A stretch of 43,680 nt of DNA from an uncultured Muribaculaceae bacterium (GCA_964440475.1 CAYTSC010000002.1:11140-54819), one strand, 5' to 3'. Counted from the stretch's first letter, positions 18,407 to 29,069 are shown. Notes: generated by a model from the letters alone, not told the origin. Made by a program: numbers and translations.

Positions 18407-18930
18407 TGAAATTAATTGTAGGTTTAGGAAATCCTGGAAAAGAATATGAAAAAACACGTCATAATATAGGTTTCATAATACTTGATAAATTATTAAAAGA
18501 TGTTGATTGGAAAAAAGAAAATGATGCTTTTTTATATGCGAAAAAATATGATAATCAAAAAATTATTTTTCTAAAACCTCAACAATACATGAATCTATCC
18601 GGTCTTACTATTTCAAAATATTTAAAATACTACAAAGTACCAGTTGAAAATTTACTTATCATTCATGATGATGTAGATTTAGATATAGGTAATTACAAAC
18701 AAAAAATTAATAGCGGCTCTGGGGGACATAATGGAATACAATCTGTTATTGATCACTTAAATTCAACTGCATTTAAAAGAATAAAAATTGGTGTATCCAA
18801 ACAAGAAAATAAGGATACAAGTGATCACGTTCTGGGAAAATTTACCAAAAAAGAGATGCAAATAATAGAGAATATTTATCCGGAAATTGTCCAAAAAATA
18901 AATGATTTTATTTTTGAGGAAAATATTTAA
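18406..18930 (+). CDS. pth: peptidyl-tRNA hydrolase
   Basis: MKLIVGLGNPGKEYEKTRHNIGF... is the canonical Pth N-terminus. Followed by mfd as in Firmicutes. Confidence 0.95.
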   Translation: MKLIVGLGNPGKEYEKTRHNIGFIILDKLLKDVDWKKENDAFLYAKKYDNQKIIFLKPQQYMNLSGLTISKYLKYYKVPVENLLIIHDDVDLDIGNYKQKINSGSGGHNGIQSVIDHLNSTAFKRIKIGVSKQENKDTSDHVLGKFTKKEMQIIENIYPEIVQKINDFIFEENI

Positions 18931-18931
18931 C

Positions 18932-21900
18932 ATGATTCCTTTTGTTGATGAATTATTAAAAATCAATATTGAAAAAAAATATGATGGTTTGACTTCGGAA
19001 TTAAATGTCATAGTCATCATGAAGCTTTTTGAAAAAAGTAAGGGAAATGTATTGGTTTTAGTTAACAACCTATTTGATACAAACAAGGTTTTTGAAAAAA
19101 TAAAAACATATACCGACGATGTATATGTTTTTCCTATGGATGACTTTGTAACTTCAGTAGCTATTTCCTCATCTCCAGAATTAAAAATATCGCGATTAGA
19201 GACAATAAGAGCCATATCTAATGGAAATAAAAAGATAATTGTAACAAATTTAATGGGATATCTTCATTATTTACCAAGTTTGATTGACGCGACCAAAAAC
19301 ATAGTTCTGCAAGATAAAGAAAAAATAATTAGAGAAGAATTAATAAATAAATTTGAAGAATTCGGTTATGTAAAGTCATCTTTAGTGACAACCACAGGTG
19401 AATATGCAATTAGAGGATATATAATTGATGTTTTTGGTATCGAGCAAGAATCGCCGGTACGTATAGAACTTTTTGGCGATTCTATTGAATCAATAAGACT
19501 ATTTGATGAAAATACACAACTATCTTTTGAAAAAATTAATAAAGTGGAAATTTTTCCTTTTAAAGAAATAAAAACCGAGAAAAAAAGTTCTTTAAAAGAA
19601 TATTTAAACAATCCATTAATAATAAAATATGATCCAAATCAAATAAACATTTCATATAAAAAATTATTAGAAGATGTAAAATACTATAATAAAAAGAACA
19701 ATTATGATACTAATACAAAATACTTTCATGATTATGATAATAAAGAAAATAGCATTATTATTGATACAATTAACAAAACCAGCAAAATTAATTGTCAATC
19801 TCTTTCGAATTTTAATTCAGATATAAACAAATTATCAGACTTCATTAATAATAATATTATGAAAAAGAAAACAATATTAATGTATTTGCAAAACAAAAGT
19901 CAGATAGAATATATTATGTCTAAGTTTCCAAACTCTAAAGTAGTTAAAACTAAAAAAGAAATAACTTTTGAAAATCTAAATATTATTGAATCAAAGCTAA
20001 ATGAAGGTTTTATTATAGAAGATTATGTTTTTATTTCTGATAAAGATTTTGATAAAAAAATAGTTGAAAGGATAAAGTACACTAGTAGCTTAAAAATTGG
20101 AAAAAGAATTAGTAGTTTTGACCAAATAAACATTGGAGATTATGTGGTTCATAGAATACATGGAATTGGTATATATAATGGTGTTGTTACTATTGAAAAA
20201 AATAAAATGAAAATGGACTATATCCAGATACTATACAAAGATAGTGATAAAGTATATATTCCAATAGAAAAAATAAATACAATATTTAAATATACAATTA
20301 AAGATGGTCGACCACCAGTTATCAACAAATTAAATTCATTGGACTGGATTAGAAAAAAGCAAAAAGTTAAAGAAAAAATTGATGATATTTCAGATGAACT
20401 AATAGAATTGTATGCAGAAAGAGAAAAATTAAGTAAAAAAGCATATCGTTCAATAGAGGAGGAAGCAAAATTTGCTGCAGAATTTATATATGAACCAACA
20501 CCTGATCAGTTAAAAGCAATCGAAGAAATAGATAAAGATTTAGAATCCACAAAACCAATGGATAGATTATTGTGTGGAGATGTTGGATATGGTAAGACAG
20601 AAGTGGCCTTTAGGACTATTTTTAAATCAATAATGAATGGTTATCAAGTTGCATATCTTTGCCCAACAACGATATTATCTAATCAACAATATCAAAATGC
20701 ATTAGAAAGATTTAAAAATTATCCAGTAAATATTGCTTTATTAAATAGATTTATTAGTAAAAAAGAAACAGAAATGATATTAAAAAAACTTTCGGAAGGA
20801 AAAATAGATTTAATAATTGGAACACATAAACTTCTAAATGAAAAAATAGAATACAAAAATTTAAATTTATTAGTTATTGATGAAGAACAAAGATTTGGAG
20901 TTTTACATAAAGAAAAAATAAAATCATTTAAGAAGAATATAAATGTTTTAACGTTATCTGCAACCCCGATACCTAGAACAATGAAAATGGCATTATCAGG
21001 AATAAGAGATTTATCCATTATTGATACCCCACCAGTTAATAGATATCCAGTTCAAACATATGTAATAGAAGAAGATGAAATGATTATTAGAGATTCAATC
21101 TATAAAGAAATATCAAGAAATGGCCAATGTTTCATACTATATAATAGAGTTAATAATATAGAAGAAAAAGCATACAAAATTTCAAAACTTGTACCAGATT
21201 CTTCTGTAATATCTGCACACGGTCAGATGAATAAGCAAGAATTAGAAAGAATAATGGAAAATTTCATTGAGGGAAAATACAATGTTTTAGTTTGTACTAC
21301 CATAATTGAGTCTGGGATAGATATACCTAATGTTAATACATTAATAGTAATAGATGCAGATCAATTTGGTTTAAGCCAGTTATATCAAATTAGAGGACGA
21401 GTTGGTAGGAGCGATAGAATTGCTTATGCATATTTGATGTATAAAAAACACAAGTTACTAACTGAAAATGCTATTCAAAGATTAAAATCAATACAGGAAT
21501 TCACAGAATTAGGAAGTGGATATAAAATAGCAATGAGGGATTTAGCAATACGAGGCGCAGGCGATGTTTTAGGAAGTGAACAAGCGGGATTCATAGATTC
21601 GGTTGGAATTGAATTATACATGGAAATGATTAATGAAAAAATGAGAGAGATAGCGGGTAATAAAATTGAAGAAGAACAAGAAACAAAAAACCTTATAGAT
21701 GTTGAAACTCACATTACAGATGATTTTGTAAATGACGAAATGATTAAAATTGAAATTCATAAAAGAATTAATGAAGTTGTTGATCGTAAAACATTAAAAG
21801 AAATAAAAAGTGAAATTATTGATAGATTTGGTATATTAAACGAAACAATAGATGTATATTTACATCAGAGATTATTTGAAAATTGGGCACAAAAGAATAA

Positions 21901-22150
21901 AATAACGCAAATCAATCAAACAGAAAAGCAAATAGACATTATTATTCCGAGAGAATTATCTGAAAAAGTTATCGGAAATAAACTTTTACATAATTTAAGC
22001 AAGATTGATCCAAGTATAAAAATCAAATATCATAATAAAAGAATTATAATTAGTTTGATTTTGAGTAAAATAAAAAAACATTATATATATTATTTATTAG
22101 ATGTTATTGAATTATTTGAAAATGGATTAGTAATAAATAAGGAGAAATAA
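18932..22150 (+). CDS. mfd: transcription-repair coupling factor
   Basis: Helicase motifs GDVGYGKTEVA, VIDEEQRFGV, LSATPIPRT, plus a TRG-like region. The ORF opens at 18902 inside pth; ATG 18932 just after the pth stop is preferred. Confidence 0.93.
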   Translation: MIPFVDELLKINIEKKYDGLTSELNVIVIMKLFEKSKGNVLVLVNNLFDTNKVFEKIKTYTDDVYVFPMDDFVTSVAISSSPELKISRLETIRAISNGNKKIIVTNLMGYLHYLPSLIDATKNIVLQDKEKIIREELINKFEEFGYVKSSLVTTTGEYAIRGYIIDVFGIEQESPVRIELFGDSIESIRLFDENTQLSFEKINKVEIFPFKEIKTEKKSSLKEYLNNPLIIKYDPNQINISYKKLLEDVKYYNKKNNYDTNTKYFHDYDNKENSIIIDTINKTSKINCQSLSNFNSDINKLSDFINNNIMKKKTILMYLQNKSQIEYIMSKFPNSKVVKTKKEITFENLNIIESKLNEGFIIEDYVFISDKDFDKKIVERIKYTSSLKIGKRISSFDQINIGDYVVHRIHGIGIYNGVVTIEKNKMKMDYIQILYKDSDKVYIPIEKINTIFKYTIKDGRPPVINKLNSLDWIRKKQKVKEKIDDISDELIELYAEREKLSKKAYRSIEEEAKFAAEFIYEPTPDQLKAIEEIDKDLESTKPMDRLLCGDVGYGKTEVAFRTIFKSIMNGYQVAYLCPTTILSNQQYQNALERFKNYPVNIALLNRFISKKETEMILKKLSEGKIDLIIGTHKLLNEKIEYKNLNLLVIDEEQRFGVLHKEKIKSFKKNINVLTLSATPIPRTMKMALSGIRDLSIIDTPPVNRYPVQTYVIEEDEMIIRDSIYKEISRNGQCFILYNRVNNIEEKAYKISKLVPDSSVISAHGQMNKQELERIMENFIEGKYNVLVCTTIIESGIDIPNVNTLIVIDADQFGLSQLYQIRGRVGRSDRIAYAYLMYKKHKLLTENAIQRLKSIQEFTELGSGYKIAMRDLAIRGAGDVLGSEQAGFIDSVGIELYMEMINEKMREIAGNKIEEEQETKNLIDVETHITDDFVNDEMIKIEIHKRINEVVDRKTLKEIKSEIIDRFGILNETIDVYLHQRLFENWAQKNKITQINQTEKQIDIIIPRELSEKVIGNKLLHNLSKIDPSIKIKYHNKRIIISLILSKIKKHYIYYLLDVIELFENGLVINKEK

Positions 22151-22151
22151 T

Positions 22152-22901
22152 ATGTTTACTGATAGTCACTGTCATATATCTAAAGAATATTACGAAAATA
22201 TTAATATGGTAATTAAAGAAGCTAGGGAAAATAACATAAATAGACTTATCTTAGGAGGATGTGACCACGAAAGCAATATAGAAATAATTGAACTGGTTGA
22301 TAAATATGATTGTCTTTATGGGACTTTGGGAATACATCCAAATGTTGTTCAAAATGCTACTGATAAGTGGTTTGATTTACTTGAAACAAACATAACAAAC
22401 AATAAAATAATAGCAATTGGAGAAATTGGCCTAGATTATCACTATGGAAAAGAATTTATTGAATTGCAAAAAATACAATTTGAAAATCAATTAAAAATAG
22501 CTAAGGAGAATAATCTTCCAGTTGTTATTCACAGTCGTGATGCTACGAAAGATACAATTGATATATTAAAAAAGTATAATGTTAAGGGTATCATTCATTC
22601 TTTTAGCGGTAGTTATGAAACGGCAAAGATATATATTGATATGGGGTTTAAACTTGGAATAAATGGTACTGTAACCTTCAAAAACAGCAAATTAAAAGAA
22701 GTATTATTAAAAATAGCTCTGGATGATATTGTTTTAGAAACAGATTGTCCTTATCTAACTCCAGAACCATATAGAGGAAAAATTAATTATCCAAAATATA
22801 CATTTGAAATAGCAAAGTTTATAGCAAATTTATATGAAACAACTCTTGAAGAAGTATCAGAGAAAACAGAAAAAAACATTGAACAAATTTTTGACATATA
22901 A
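22152..22901 (+). CDS. tatD: TatD family metal-dependent DNase/hydrolase
   Basis: FTDSHCHI N-terminal motif, IGEIGLDY, VVIHSRDA, ETDCPYL. Confidence 0.9.
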   Translation: MFTDSHCHISKEYYENINMVIKEARENNINRLILGGCDHESNIEIIELVDKYDCLYGTLGIHPNVVQNATDKWFDLLETNITNNKIIAIGEIGLDYHYGKEFIELQKIQFENQLKIAKENNLPVVIHSRDATKDTIDILKKYNVKGIIHSFSGSYETAKIYIDMGFKLGINGTVTFKNSKLKEVLLKIALDDIVLETDCPYLTPEPYRGKINYPKYTFEIAKFIANLYETTLEEVSEKTEKNIEQIFDI

Positions 22902-22945
22902 TCACCAATATGGTAGAATTTATACATACTAAATGAGGTGACAAA

Positions 22946-23494
22946 GTGAGAAAACTATTACATTATATATTTAAAACGACAAAGATAATCGCAATGCTTT
23001 TTTTAATGGCTTTTGTAAGAACTGTTACAGCCCATGATGAAAACAAAGTTGTTAATAACAACTTGAACAAAACATTGAATTTGAGCGCTATGACAGAAGT
23101 TATGAATGCAATAAATTATAATGATTTATATTCGCCAATTGATACATATGTTGGTGATTTAACTGGTTATGGAGCAGATTGTGCATTATGTTCTGGTTTT
23201 TTAGGTTGTACTAGTCAAGATGTAAGAGATGGAAGAACTATACATAACGATAGAGACTATGGAGCGGTTAGAATTGTTGCTTCATCAAGAAACTTACCTT
23301 GTGGCTCAATTATAAAGTTTGAATCGTCTAGAGTTTCAAATGAGCCAGTTATTGCTATAGTTTTAGATCGTGGAGTTGGAGGAAATTCTATTGACTTATT
23401 AACGGAGTCAGAGGAATTTGCAGGAAGAAAAATTGGTAGAAGTCAAATTAAATATGATTTATTAAGAAAAGGATATGAAAAAAGAGGAGAATAA
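22946..23494 (+). CDS. secreted 3D-domain protein (YabE-like C-terminal domain)
   Basis: GTG start after a GAGGTG SD. N-terminal hydrophobic signal/anchor. C-terminal region (GYGADCALCSG...VASSRNLPCGSII...IAIVLDRGVGGNSIDLL) resembles 3D/RlpA-like barrels. Position between tatD and rsmA matches B. subtilis yabE. Confidence 0.6.
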   Translation: MRKLLHYIFKTTKIIAMLFLMAFVRTVTAHDENKVVNNNLNKTLNLSAMTEVMNAINYNDLYSPIDTYVGDLTGYGADCALCSGFLGCTSQDVRDGRTIHNDRDYGAVRIVASSRNLPCGSIIKFESSRVSNEPVIAIVLDRGVGGNSIDLLTESEEFAGRKIGRSQIKYDLLRKGYEKRGE

Positions 23495-23512
23495 CTCTTT
23501 TTTAAATATAAT

Positions 23513-24295
23513 ATGAAAAAATATCGCGCCAAAAAAAGATTGGGTCAAAATTTTATTAAAGACAAAAACTTACTATTAAAAATAGCCGGTTCTATTGAAT
23601 ATAATCAAGAAGATTTGGTAATAGAAATAGGAATGGGTCAAGGAGACCTTACTAGAGCAATAATGAATTATGATCCTAATTATATTGGTTATGAAATAGA
23701 TAAAGATTTAAAAGAATATTTAGAACCATTAAGGTCAGAAAAAAGAAAAATATTATATGAAAATTTTCTTAAATCCGATGTTTTAACTGAATTAAAAGAA
23801 AAAAAGTACAATAATTTATATATAATCTCAAACGTACCATACTATATTACAAGCGCTATTATTACTAAAATAATAAAGGATAAGTTACCGGTTAAAAAAA
23901 TGGTTTTACTGGTTCAAAAAGAAGTTGCTGAAAGATTTTCAGCAATGCCAAAATCCAGAGAATATGGTTCAATGACGGTGTATTTGAACTATTACTTTAA
24001 TATAAAAAAACTTTTTTCAGTTAATAGAAAATCATTTAATCCAATTCCAGATGTTGATAGTGAGTTGATTCTATTAGAATCAATAAAAAGGAAAATAATA
24101 GTTGAAGATGAAAAATTTGAAAAGTTACTTAAAGATTCATTTCAATTTAAAAGAAAAACAATAAAAAACAACTTGAAAAACTATGATTTATCATTAATAG
24201 AAAAAATATTAATAAAAAACAACTTAAGTTTAACTTCGCGAGCAGAAGAAATACCTGTTGATGTATTTATTGAAATATGTAATGAGATAACTTAG
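23513..24295 (+). CDS. rsmA: 16S rRNA (adenine1518/1519-N6)-dimethyltransferase
   Basis: KRLGQNFI N-terminal motif, SAM-binding EIGMGQGDLT, NVPYYITS. Confidence 0.93.
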   Translation: MKKYRAKKRLGQNFIKDKNLLLKIAGSIEYNQEDLVIEIGMGQGDLTRAIMNYDPNYIGYEIDKDLKEYLEPLRSEKRKILYENFLKSDVLTELKEKKYNNLYIISNVPYYITSAIITKIIKDKLPVKKMVLLVQKEVAERFSAMPKSREYGSMTVYLNYYFNIKKLFSVNRKSFNPIPDVDSELILLESIKRKIIVEDEKFEKLLKDSFQFKRKTIKNNLKNYDLSLIEKILIKNNLSLTSRAEEIPVDVFIEICNEIT

Positions 24296-24340
24296 TTGTT
24301 AGTAAAAAAATAAAGAAAAACATTAAAAATAGTATAATGC

Positions 24341-24358
24341 TTGCAATTTTAATTGCAA
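24341..24358. promoter_or_regulatory. 8-2-8 inverted repeat immediately downstream of the spoVG -10 box
   Basis: TTGCAATT-TT-AATTGCAA starts 3 bp after TATAAT (24333-24338). It has an operator-like position at or just after the transcription start. Confidence 0.3.
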
Positions 24359-24404
24359 TATTATAAAATAAAATTGAGTTAAAAACTTTAGAAGGAGCGT
24401 TGTT

Positions 24405-24683
24405 ATGGAAATTACATCGGTATCTGTTCGCAAAACTGAAAAGGCCGATTCGCGTTTAAGAGGAATCGCTAATGTGGTTATTGACGATGGATTTGCTGTA
24501 CATGATATTAGAATCATCGAGGGAGATAATGGTTTATTTATAGCAATGCCTAGTCGAAAAACTTCAACAGGCACATATAAAGACGTTGCACATCCAATTA
24601 CTCCAGAAGTAAGAAAACAATTCCAAGATGCAATTCTTGATGAGTACAATAAAGTATTAGAAGAACAAGACGAAGAAGAGTAA
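24405..24683 (+). CDS. spoVG: SpoVG family protein
   Basis: MEITSVSVRKTEKADSRLRGIANVVIDDGFAVHDIRIIEGDNGLFIAMPSRK... is near-canonical SpoVG. Confidence 0.95.
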   Translation: MEITSVSVRKTEKADSRLRGIANVVIDDGFAVHDIRIIEGDNGLFIAMPSRKTSTGTYKDVAHPITPEVRKQFQDAILDEYNKVLEEQDEEE

Positions 24684-24853
24684 TTCTTCTTTTTGTTTTA
24701 CCAAATTATAAAAAGAAGTTTTAACAATTTCTTTTTGTTTGTAAAAAAAACAAGTGTAAAATTGTGTTAAATTCCAGTAAAATTTAATGACCATCATTGA
24801 ATTAAAAATAATACCTATATATAATGAGATTAATAGTAAAGGGGTGAAACTAA

Positions 24854-25165
24854 ATGAGAAAAAAATCTAAAAAAGATAAACGTAGAATAACTATCTTTTT
24901 TTTAACTATGTGTGCACTTGCTATCTGGTTTAGTTTTATCGCGTATGATAATTTATCAAAAATTGTTAATAATTATAAGATGGAAAAAAAACTAATAGAA
25001 AAATACAACAATCTTTTAGATGATGAAACATTTTTACAAAATAATATTGTTAAATTAGAAGACCCTGATTATATGGCAAAGTATGCAAGGGAAAAGCATT
25101 TATACTCAAAGGAAGGAGAGTTATTATTAAGAGTATTGAAAAAAGAGCAATCAGAAAACAAATAA
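24854..25165 (+). CDS. divIC: septum formation initiator family protein (FtsB/DivIC)
   Basis: 103 aa with a basic N-terminus, a single TM, a coiled coil and the DPDYMAKYAREKH motif. Confidence 0.75.
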   Translation: MRKKSKKDKRRITIFFLTMCALAIWFSFIAYDNLSKIVNNYKMEKKLIEKYNNLLDDETFLQNNIVKLEDPDYMAKYAREKHLYSKEGELLLRVLKKEQSENK

Positions 25166-25292
25166 AAACTTCACAAAATAACTATTGCAATTTTATTTTT
25201 TCATAGGTATACTTAATATACAATTAAGGACGATTTAATATATATAATTAGTCAAAGTGATTGTAAGATATCGACTGTGGGAGGTGTATGAT

Positions 25293-27638
25293 ATGGACAA
25301 ATCTAATTTTTTCAAGACTTTAAGTGTCATAAAACGCGATGGCAAAAAAGTCTCTTTCAACGGGGGGAAAATAGCAATAGCTATTAAAAAAGGTTTTGAT
25401 AGTATAGAAAATTCAGACTATACTGACGGAGTAATCAATGAGGTGTATTTGAAAGTAATTGATCAAATACAAAAAGACTATGTTGATAAAAAAGAAATCA
25501 ACATTGAGGAAATTCAAAGTATAATCGAAAAAACACTGGAAAAAATGGGTTTTAGAGATGTTTATCAATCTTTCTCTGAATATCGTGAAAGAAGAAAATC
25601 CGCAAGGGAAACGTTTTCTCAAAGACAAAGTAAGTTAATCAAAGCAGTAGAACAATTGAGTTTAAAAGAGTCATCAGAAGCAGATGGGAAAAGAGAAAAT
25701 GCCAATGTTGATGGTGATACTGCAATGGGTACAATGCTTCAATTTGGAAGTACAATTTCTAAAGAATTTGCCAAAGCTTATTTAGTTGATAAAAGATTTT
25801 GTGATGCTCATGATGAAGGAAGAATTCATATTCATGATATGGACTTTTTGCCAATGGGAACAACAACTTGTTGCCAAATCGATTTAAACGATTTATTTAG
25901 AGGTGGTTTTTCAACGGGTCATGGTTTCTTAAGGGAACCAAATAGTATAATGAGCTATGCTTCACTTGCCGCTATTGCTATTCAAGCAAACCAAAACGAT
26001 CAACATGGTGGCCAAAGTGTTCCGGCATTTGACTTTTTTATGGCGCCTGGAGTTTTAAAAACATTCAAAAAAGAATTAAAACAATTAATATATGATTTTC
26101 TAGAAGTCGAAGGATTTCTATCATTTATTACGTTTAGTCAAATCGAAAAAGACATTTCTAAAATTACTTCAATTGATTTTGATATATCTGAGTTAGATAA
26201 ATATGCGAAAGAATCACTACAAGTGATAAAAGTATTTAGAAGCGCTTATGATAAAGCAATGCAAAAAACAAATCGCACAACATATCAATCAATGGAAGCT
26301 TTTGTTCATAATTTAAATACGATGCATAGTCGTGCAGGGGCTCAAGTTCCATTTAGTTCAATCAATTTAGGTACAGATATTTCTCCAGAAGGAAGAATGG
26401 TTACTAAAAATTTCTTGCTGGCAACAGATGCTGGTTTAGGAAGAGGAGAAACACCAATTTTTCCTATTTCAATATTTAAAGTAAAAGAGGGGATAAACTA
26501 TAATAAGAAAGATCCAAACTATGATCTATTTGAGTTAGCTTGCCAAGTTTCGGCAAAAAGATTATTCCCTAACTTCTCATTTATTGATGCACCATTTAAT
26601 TTAGCAACTTATGAAGAGGGAAATTATAAAACAGAAGTTGGCTATATGGGGTGCAGAACAAGAGTTCTTGCAAATGCATATGATAAAGATAAAGGAATAA
26701 CTCCAGGTCGCGGTAATTTATCATTTACTTCGATTAATTTAGTTCGTCTAGGAATTAAATATGGAATTTTAGATAAGTCTAGAAAAGAGCCAGACATGAA
26801 AGGATTTTATAAAGAACTAGATGAAATATTGGATTTGGTTAAAGACCAGTTATTAGAAAGGTTTGAAATCCAAGCTAATAAGAGAGTTTCGAACTTCCCA
26901 TTCTTAATGGGACAAGGAATATGGATGGATTCAGGCAAATTAAAACCGAAAGATAAGGTAAGAAAAGTTCTTGGTCATGGTACATTAACAATGGGATTCA
27001 TTGGTTTAGCAGAAACATTAAAAGCATTGACAAGCAAACATCATGGAGAATCAAAAAAATCTCAGGAATTGGGTTTAGAAATAATTGGATATATGCGTAA
27101 AAAATGTGATAAATATGCTAAAGATTCTGGTATGAATTTCACATTAATTGCTACACCTGCAGAAGGGTTAAGTGGAAGGTTTACCGCAATAGATAAATCG
27201 ATATATGGAGTAATTCCAAATATTACAGATCGTGAATATTACACAAATTCATTCCACATTCCTGTATATTACCCTACAACAATAGAACACAAAATAAAAA
27301 CAGAAGCTCCATATCATGCCTTAACTAATGCTGGACATATAAGTTATATTGAATTAGATGGAGATCCAACAGATAATGTTGAAGCCTTTGTTAAAGTAGT
27401 AAGATTAATGAAGGAAAACGGAATTGGATATGGAGCCATTAATCATCCGGTGGATAGAGACCCAGTTTGTGGTTTTGTCGGAGTGATAAATGATCAATGT
27501 CCAGGTTGTGGAAGAACAGAAGCTGATGGAGTGGATTTCGAGAGAATTAGAAGAATAACTGGTTATTTAGTTGGTACTGTTGACAGATTTAATGATGGTA
27601 AGAAAGCCGAAGAACACGATAGAGTTAAGCATTCATAA
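25293..27638 (+). CDS. nrdD: anaerobic ribonucleoside-triphosphate reductase (class III)
   Basis: ATP-cone N-terminus, C-terminal zinc site CPGCG and glycyl-radical motif RRITGYLVG. The ORF opens at GTG 25257, but ATG 25293 follows a GGGAGG SD by 8 nt. Confidence 0.93.
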   Translation: MDKSNFFKTLSVIKRDGKKVSFNGGKIAIAIKKGFDSIENSDYTDGVINEVYLKVIDQIQKDYVDKKEINIEEIQSIIEKTLEKMGFRDVYQSFSEYRERRKSARETFSQRQSKLIKAVEQLSLKESSEADGKRENANVDGDTAMGTMLQFGSTISKEFAKAYLVDKRFCDAHDEGRIHIHDMDFLPMGTTTCCQIDLNDLFRGGFSTGHGFLREPNSIMSYASLAAIAIQANQNDQHGGQSVPAFDFFMAPGVLKTFKKELKQLIYDFLEVEGFLSFITFSQIEKDISKITSIDFDISELDKYAKESLQVIKVFRSAYDKAMQKTNRTTYQSMEAFVHNLNTMHSRAGAQVPFSSINLGTDISPEGRMVTKNFLLATDAGLGRGETPIFPISIFKVKEGINYNKKDPNYDLFELACQVSAKRLFPNFSFIDAPFNLATYEEGNYKTEVGYMGCRTRVLANAYDKDKGITPGRGNLSFTSINLVRLGIKYGILDKSRKEPDMKGFYKELDEILDLVKDQLLERFEIQANKRVSNFPFLMGQGIWMDSGKLKPKDKVRKVLGHGTLTMGFIGLAETLKALTSKHHGESKKSQELGLEIIGYMRKKCDKYAKDSGMNFTLIATPAEGLSGRFTAIDKSIYGVIPNITDREYYTNSFHIPVYYPTTIEHKIKTEAPYHALTNAGHISYIELDGDPTDNVEAFVKVVRLMKENGIGYGAINHPVDRDPVCGFVGVINDQCPGCGRTEADGVDFERIRRITGYLVGTVDRFNDGKKAEEHDRVKHS

Positions 27639-28219
27639 TGAATAATATGAAAGTAAGGCTATCGGGTCCGGTTACAAAAGATAGCATAGTCGATGGAGAA
27701 GGGCTTCGTACAGTAATTTGGTTCCAAGGATGTCCTCATAAATGTATTGGGTGTCATAATCCGGAATCACATGATTTCAACTCTGGTAAGGAAACAACAA
27801 TTCAAAAAATAATCGAAAAAATAGATAATTTAGAAAATCAAGATGGAATAACGTTTTCTGGTGGAGAACCAATGTCGCAACCAGAAGCATTAAATATACT
27901 TGTTGCTTATGTTAAACAAAAAGGATTGAACGTTTGGTGTTATACCGGGTTCACTTTTGAACAATTAGTTAAATTAAGCGAACAAAAACCTATCTATATG
28001 GATATTCTAAAAAATATTGATGTATTAATTGATGGAAGATTTAAAGTAGAAGAAAAAAGCCTAGACTTAAAATTTAAAGGTTCCTCTAATCAAAGAATTA
28101 TTGATGTCAAAAGATCATTAAAAGAACAAAAACCAATTCTAATTTCTAAATACAAAAATAAAAAAACGTCTTCAAAGAAAAAAATAGTTCATCAACGAAC
28201 AAAGACATTATTTATATAA
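27638..28219 (+). CDS. nrdG: anaerobic ribonucleotide reductase activating protein (radical SAM)
   Basis: Contains the radical-SAM CxxxCxxC motif as CPHKCIGC. One-nt overlap with the nrdD stop. Confidence 0.9.
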   Translation: MNNMKVRLSGPVTKDSIVDGEGLRTVIWFQGCPHKCIGCHNPESHDFNSGKETTIQKIIEKIDNLENQDGITFSGGEPMSQPEALNILVAYVKQKGLNVWCYTGFTFEQLVKLSEQKPIYMDILKNIDVLIDGRFKVEEKSLDLKFKGSSNQRIIDVKRSLKEQKPILISKYKNKKTSSKKKIVHQRTKTLFI

Positions 28220-28239
28220 ATTGTATATTTTGACTTTTT

Positions 28240-28272
28240 AAGATATAATCAACCTGATTATATCTTTTTTTG
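28240..28272 (+). terminator. rho-independent terminator after nrdG
   Basis: Perfect 11-bp stem AAGATATAATC (28240-28250) / GATTATATCTT (28256-28266), 5-nt loop, then a T run. Confidence 0.8.
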
Positions 28273-28283
28273 AGGTGTATAAT

Positions 28284-29069
28284 ATGAAAAAAAACATAAT
28301 AATTAAAAAATTAAACTTTTCTTACAAAAACGAAAAGATTTTTGATGATTTTAATATGAATATTTTCGATGTTGATACAACAATAATTGGAACTCCTGCC
28401 TCTGGTAAAACGACTCTAGCTAAAATTTTTGCAGGAATATTTTTATCTGATGAAGTCTCAATCTATCGTCAAAAACTAAATGAAAAAAATTTATATAAAA
28501 TTAGAAAAAATGTTAACGTTATATTAAATGATTTTCTTTTTATTGCAGAAACTGTTGAAGATGAACTTGCCTTTGGTATGGAAAATTTATGCTATTCAAA
28601 GGATATTATAACTGAAAAAATAAAAAAAATATCAAAAACATTTGATATAAAAAATATTATTCATAGAGATCCAAATACAATTGATAACGAACAAAAAGCG
28701 TTAATTAAAATAATCAGTGTTATACTAATGAATCCATCAACAATAATAATAGATGGTTTATTAACATATTTAACTAAAACAGATAAAATTAAATTGTTAA
28801 AACTATTAGAAGAAGAAAAAATTCAATTAATAAATATTACATCCGATATTGAGGAATCATTATTAACCGAATATTTAATTGTTATGGATAATGGAAAAAT
28901 ATTAGTTGAGGGAGAAACCAAATCCGTCTTATCTGAAGAAAAAATATTGAAAAGATTAGGGTTCAATCTTCCATTTATGATTGATTTAAGCAAACAACTA
29001 CTGGCCTATGACTTAATTGAAAAAATATATTATGACGAAGATGAATTGGTAGGTGTTCTATGGAAATAA
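28284..29069 (+). CDS. ecfA1: ECF transporter ATPase component EcfA1 (divergent catalytic motifs)
   Basis: ABC fold with Walker A GTPASGKTT. ATG 28284 lies 6 nt after a GAGGTG SD. Synteny ecfA1-ecfA2-ecfT-truA. The signature, Walker B Glu and switch His are all substituted (see findings). Confidence 0.8.
   Translation: MKKNIIIKKLNFSYKNEKIFDDFNMNIFDVDTTIIGTPASGKTTLAKIFAGIFLSDEVSIYRQKLNEKNLYKIRKNVNVILNDFLFIAETVEDELAFGMENLCYSKDIITEKIKKISKTFDIKNIIHRDPNTIDNEQKALIKIISVILMNPSTIIIDGLLTYLTKTDKIKLLKLLEEEKIQLINITSDIEESLLTEYLIVMDNGKILVEGETKSVLSEEKILKRLGFNLPFMIDLSKQLLAYDLIEKIYYDEDELVGVLWK

Noticed and set aside
1256-19215. Many long antisense ORFs in the track, for example 1256-1816(+), 12013-12483(-), 12610-13080(-), 15260-15838(-) and 18763-19215(-).
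   Set aside because: Each is fully embedded opposite a strongly conserved housekeeping CDS. Their Ser/Phe/Ile/Leu-rich composition is the mirror image of GAA/AAA-rich sense codons. None has an SD.
24754-24773. Tandem 10-mers GTGTAAAATT / GTGTTAAATT upstream of divIC.
   Set aside because: There are only two imperfect AT-rich units, with no symmetry and no clear positional relation to a promoter. This is insufficient to call.
25166-25292. NrdR boxes or a riboswitch upstream of nrdD.
   Set aside because: No pair of ACACWATATATWGTGT-like palindromes is present; the best by-eye matches are about 9/16. The leader is too short and unstructured for a cobalamin element.
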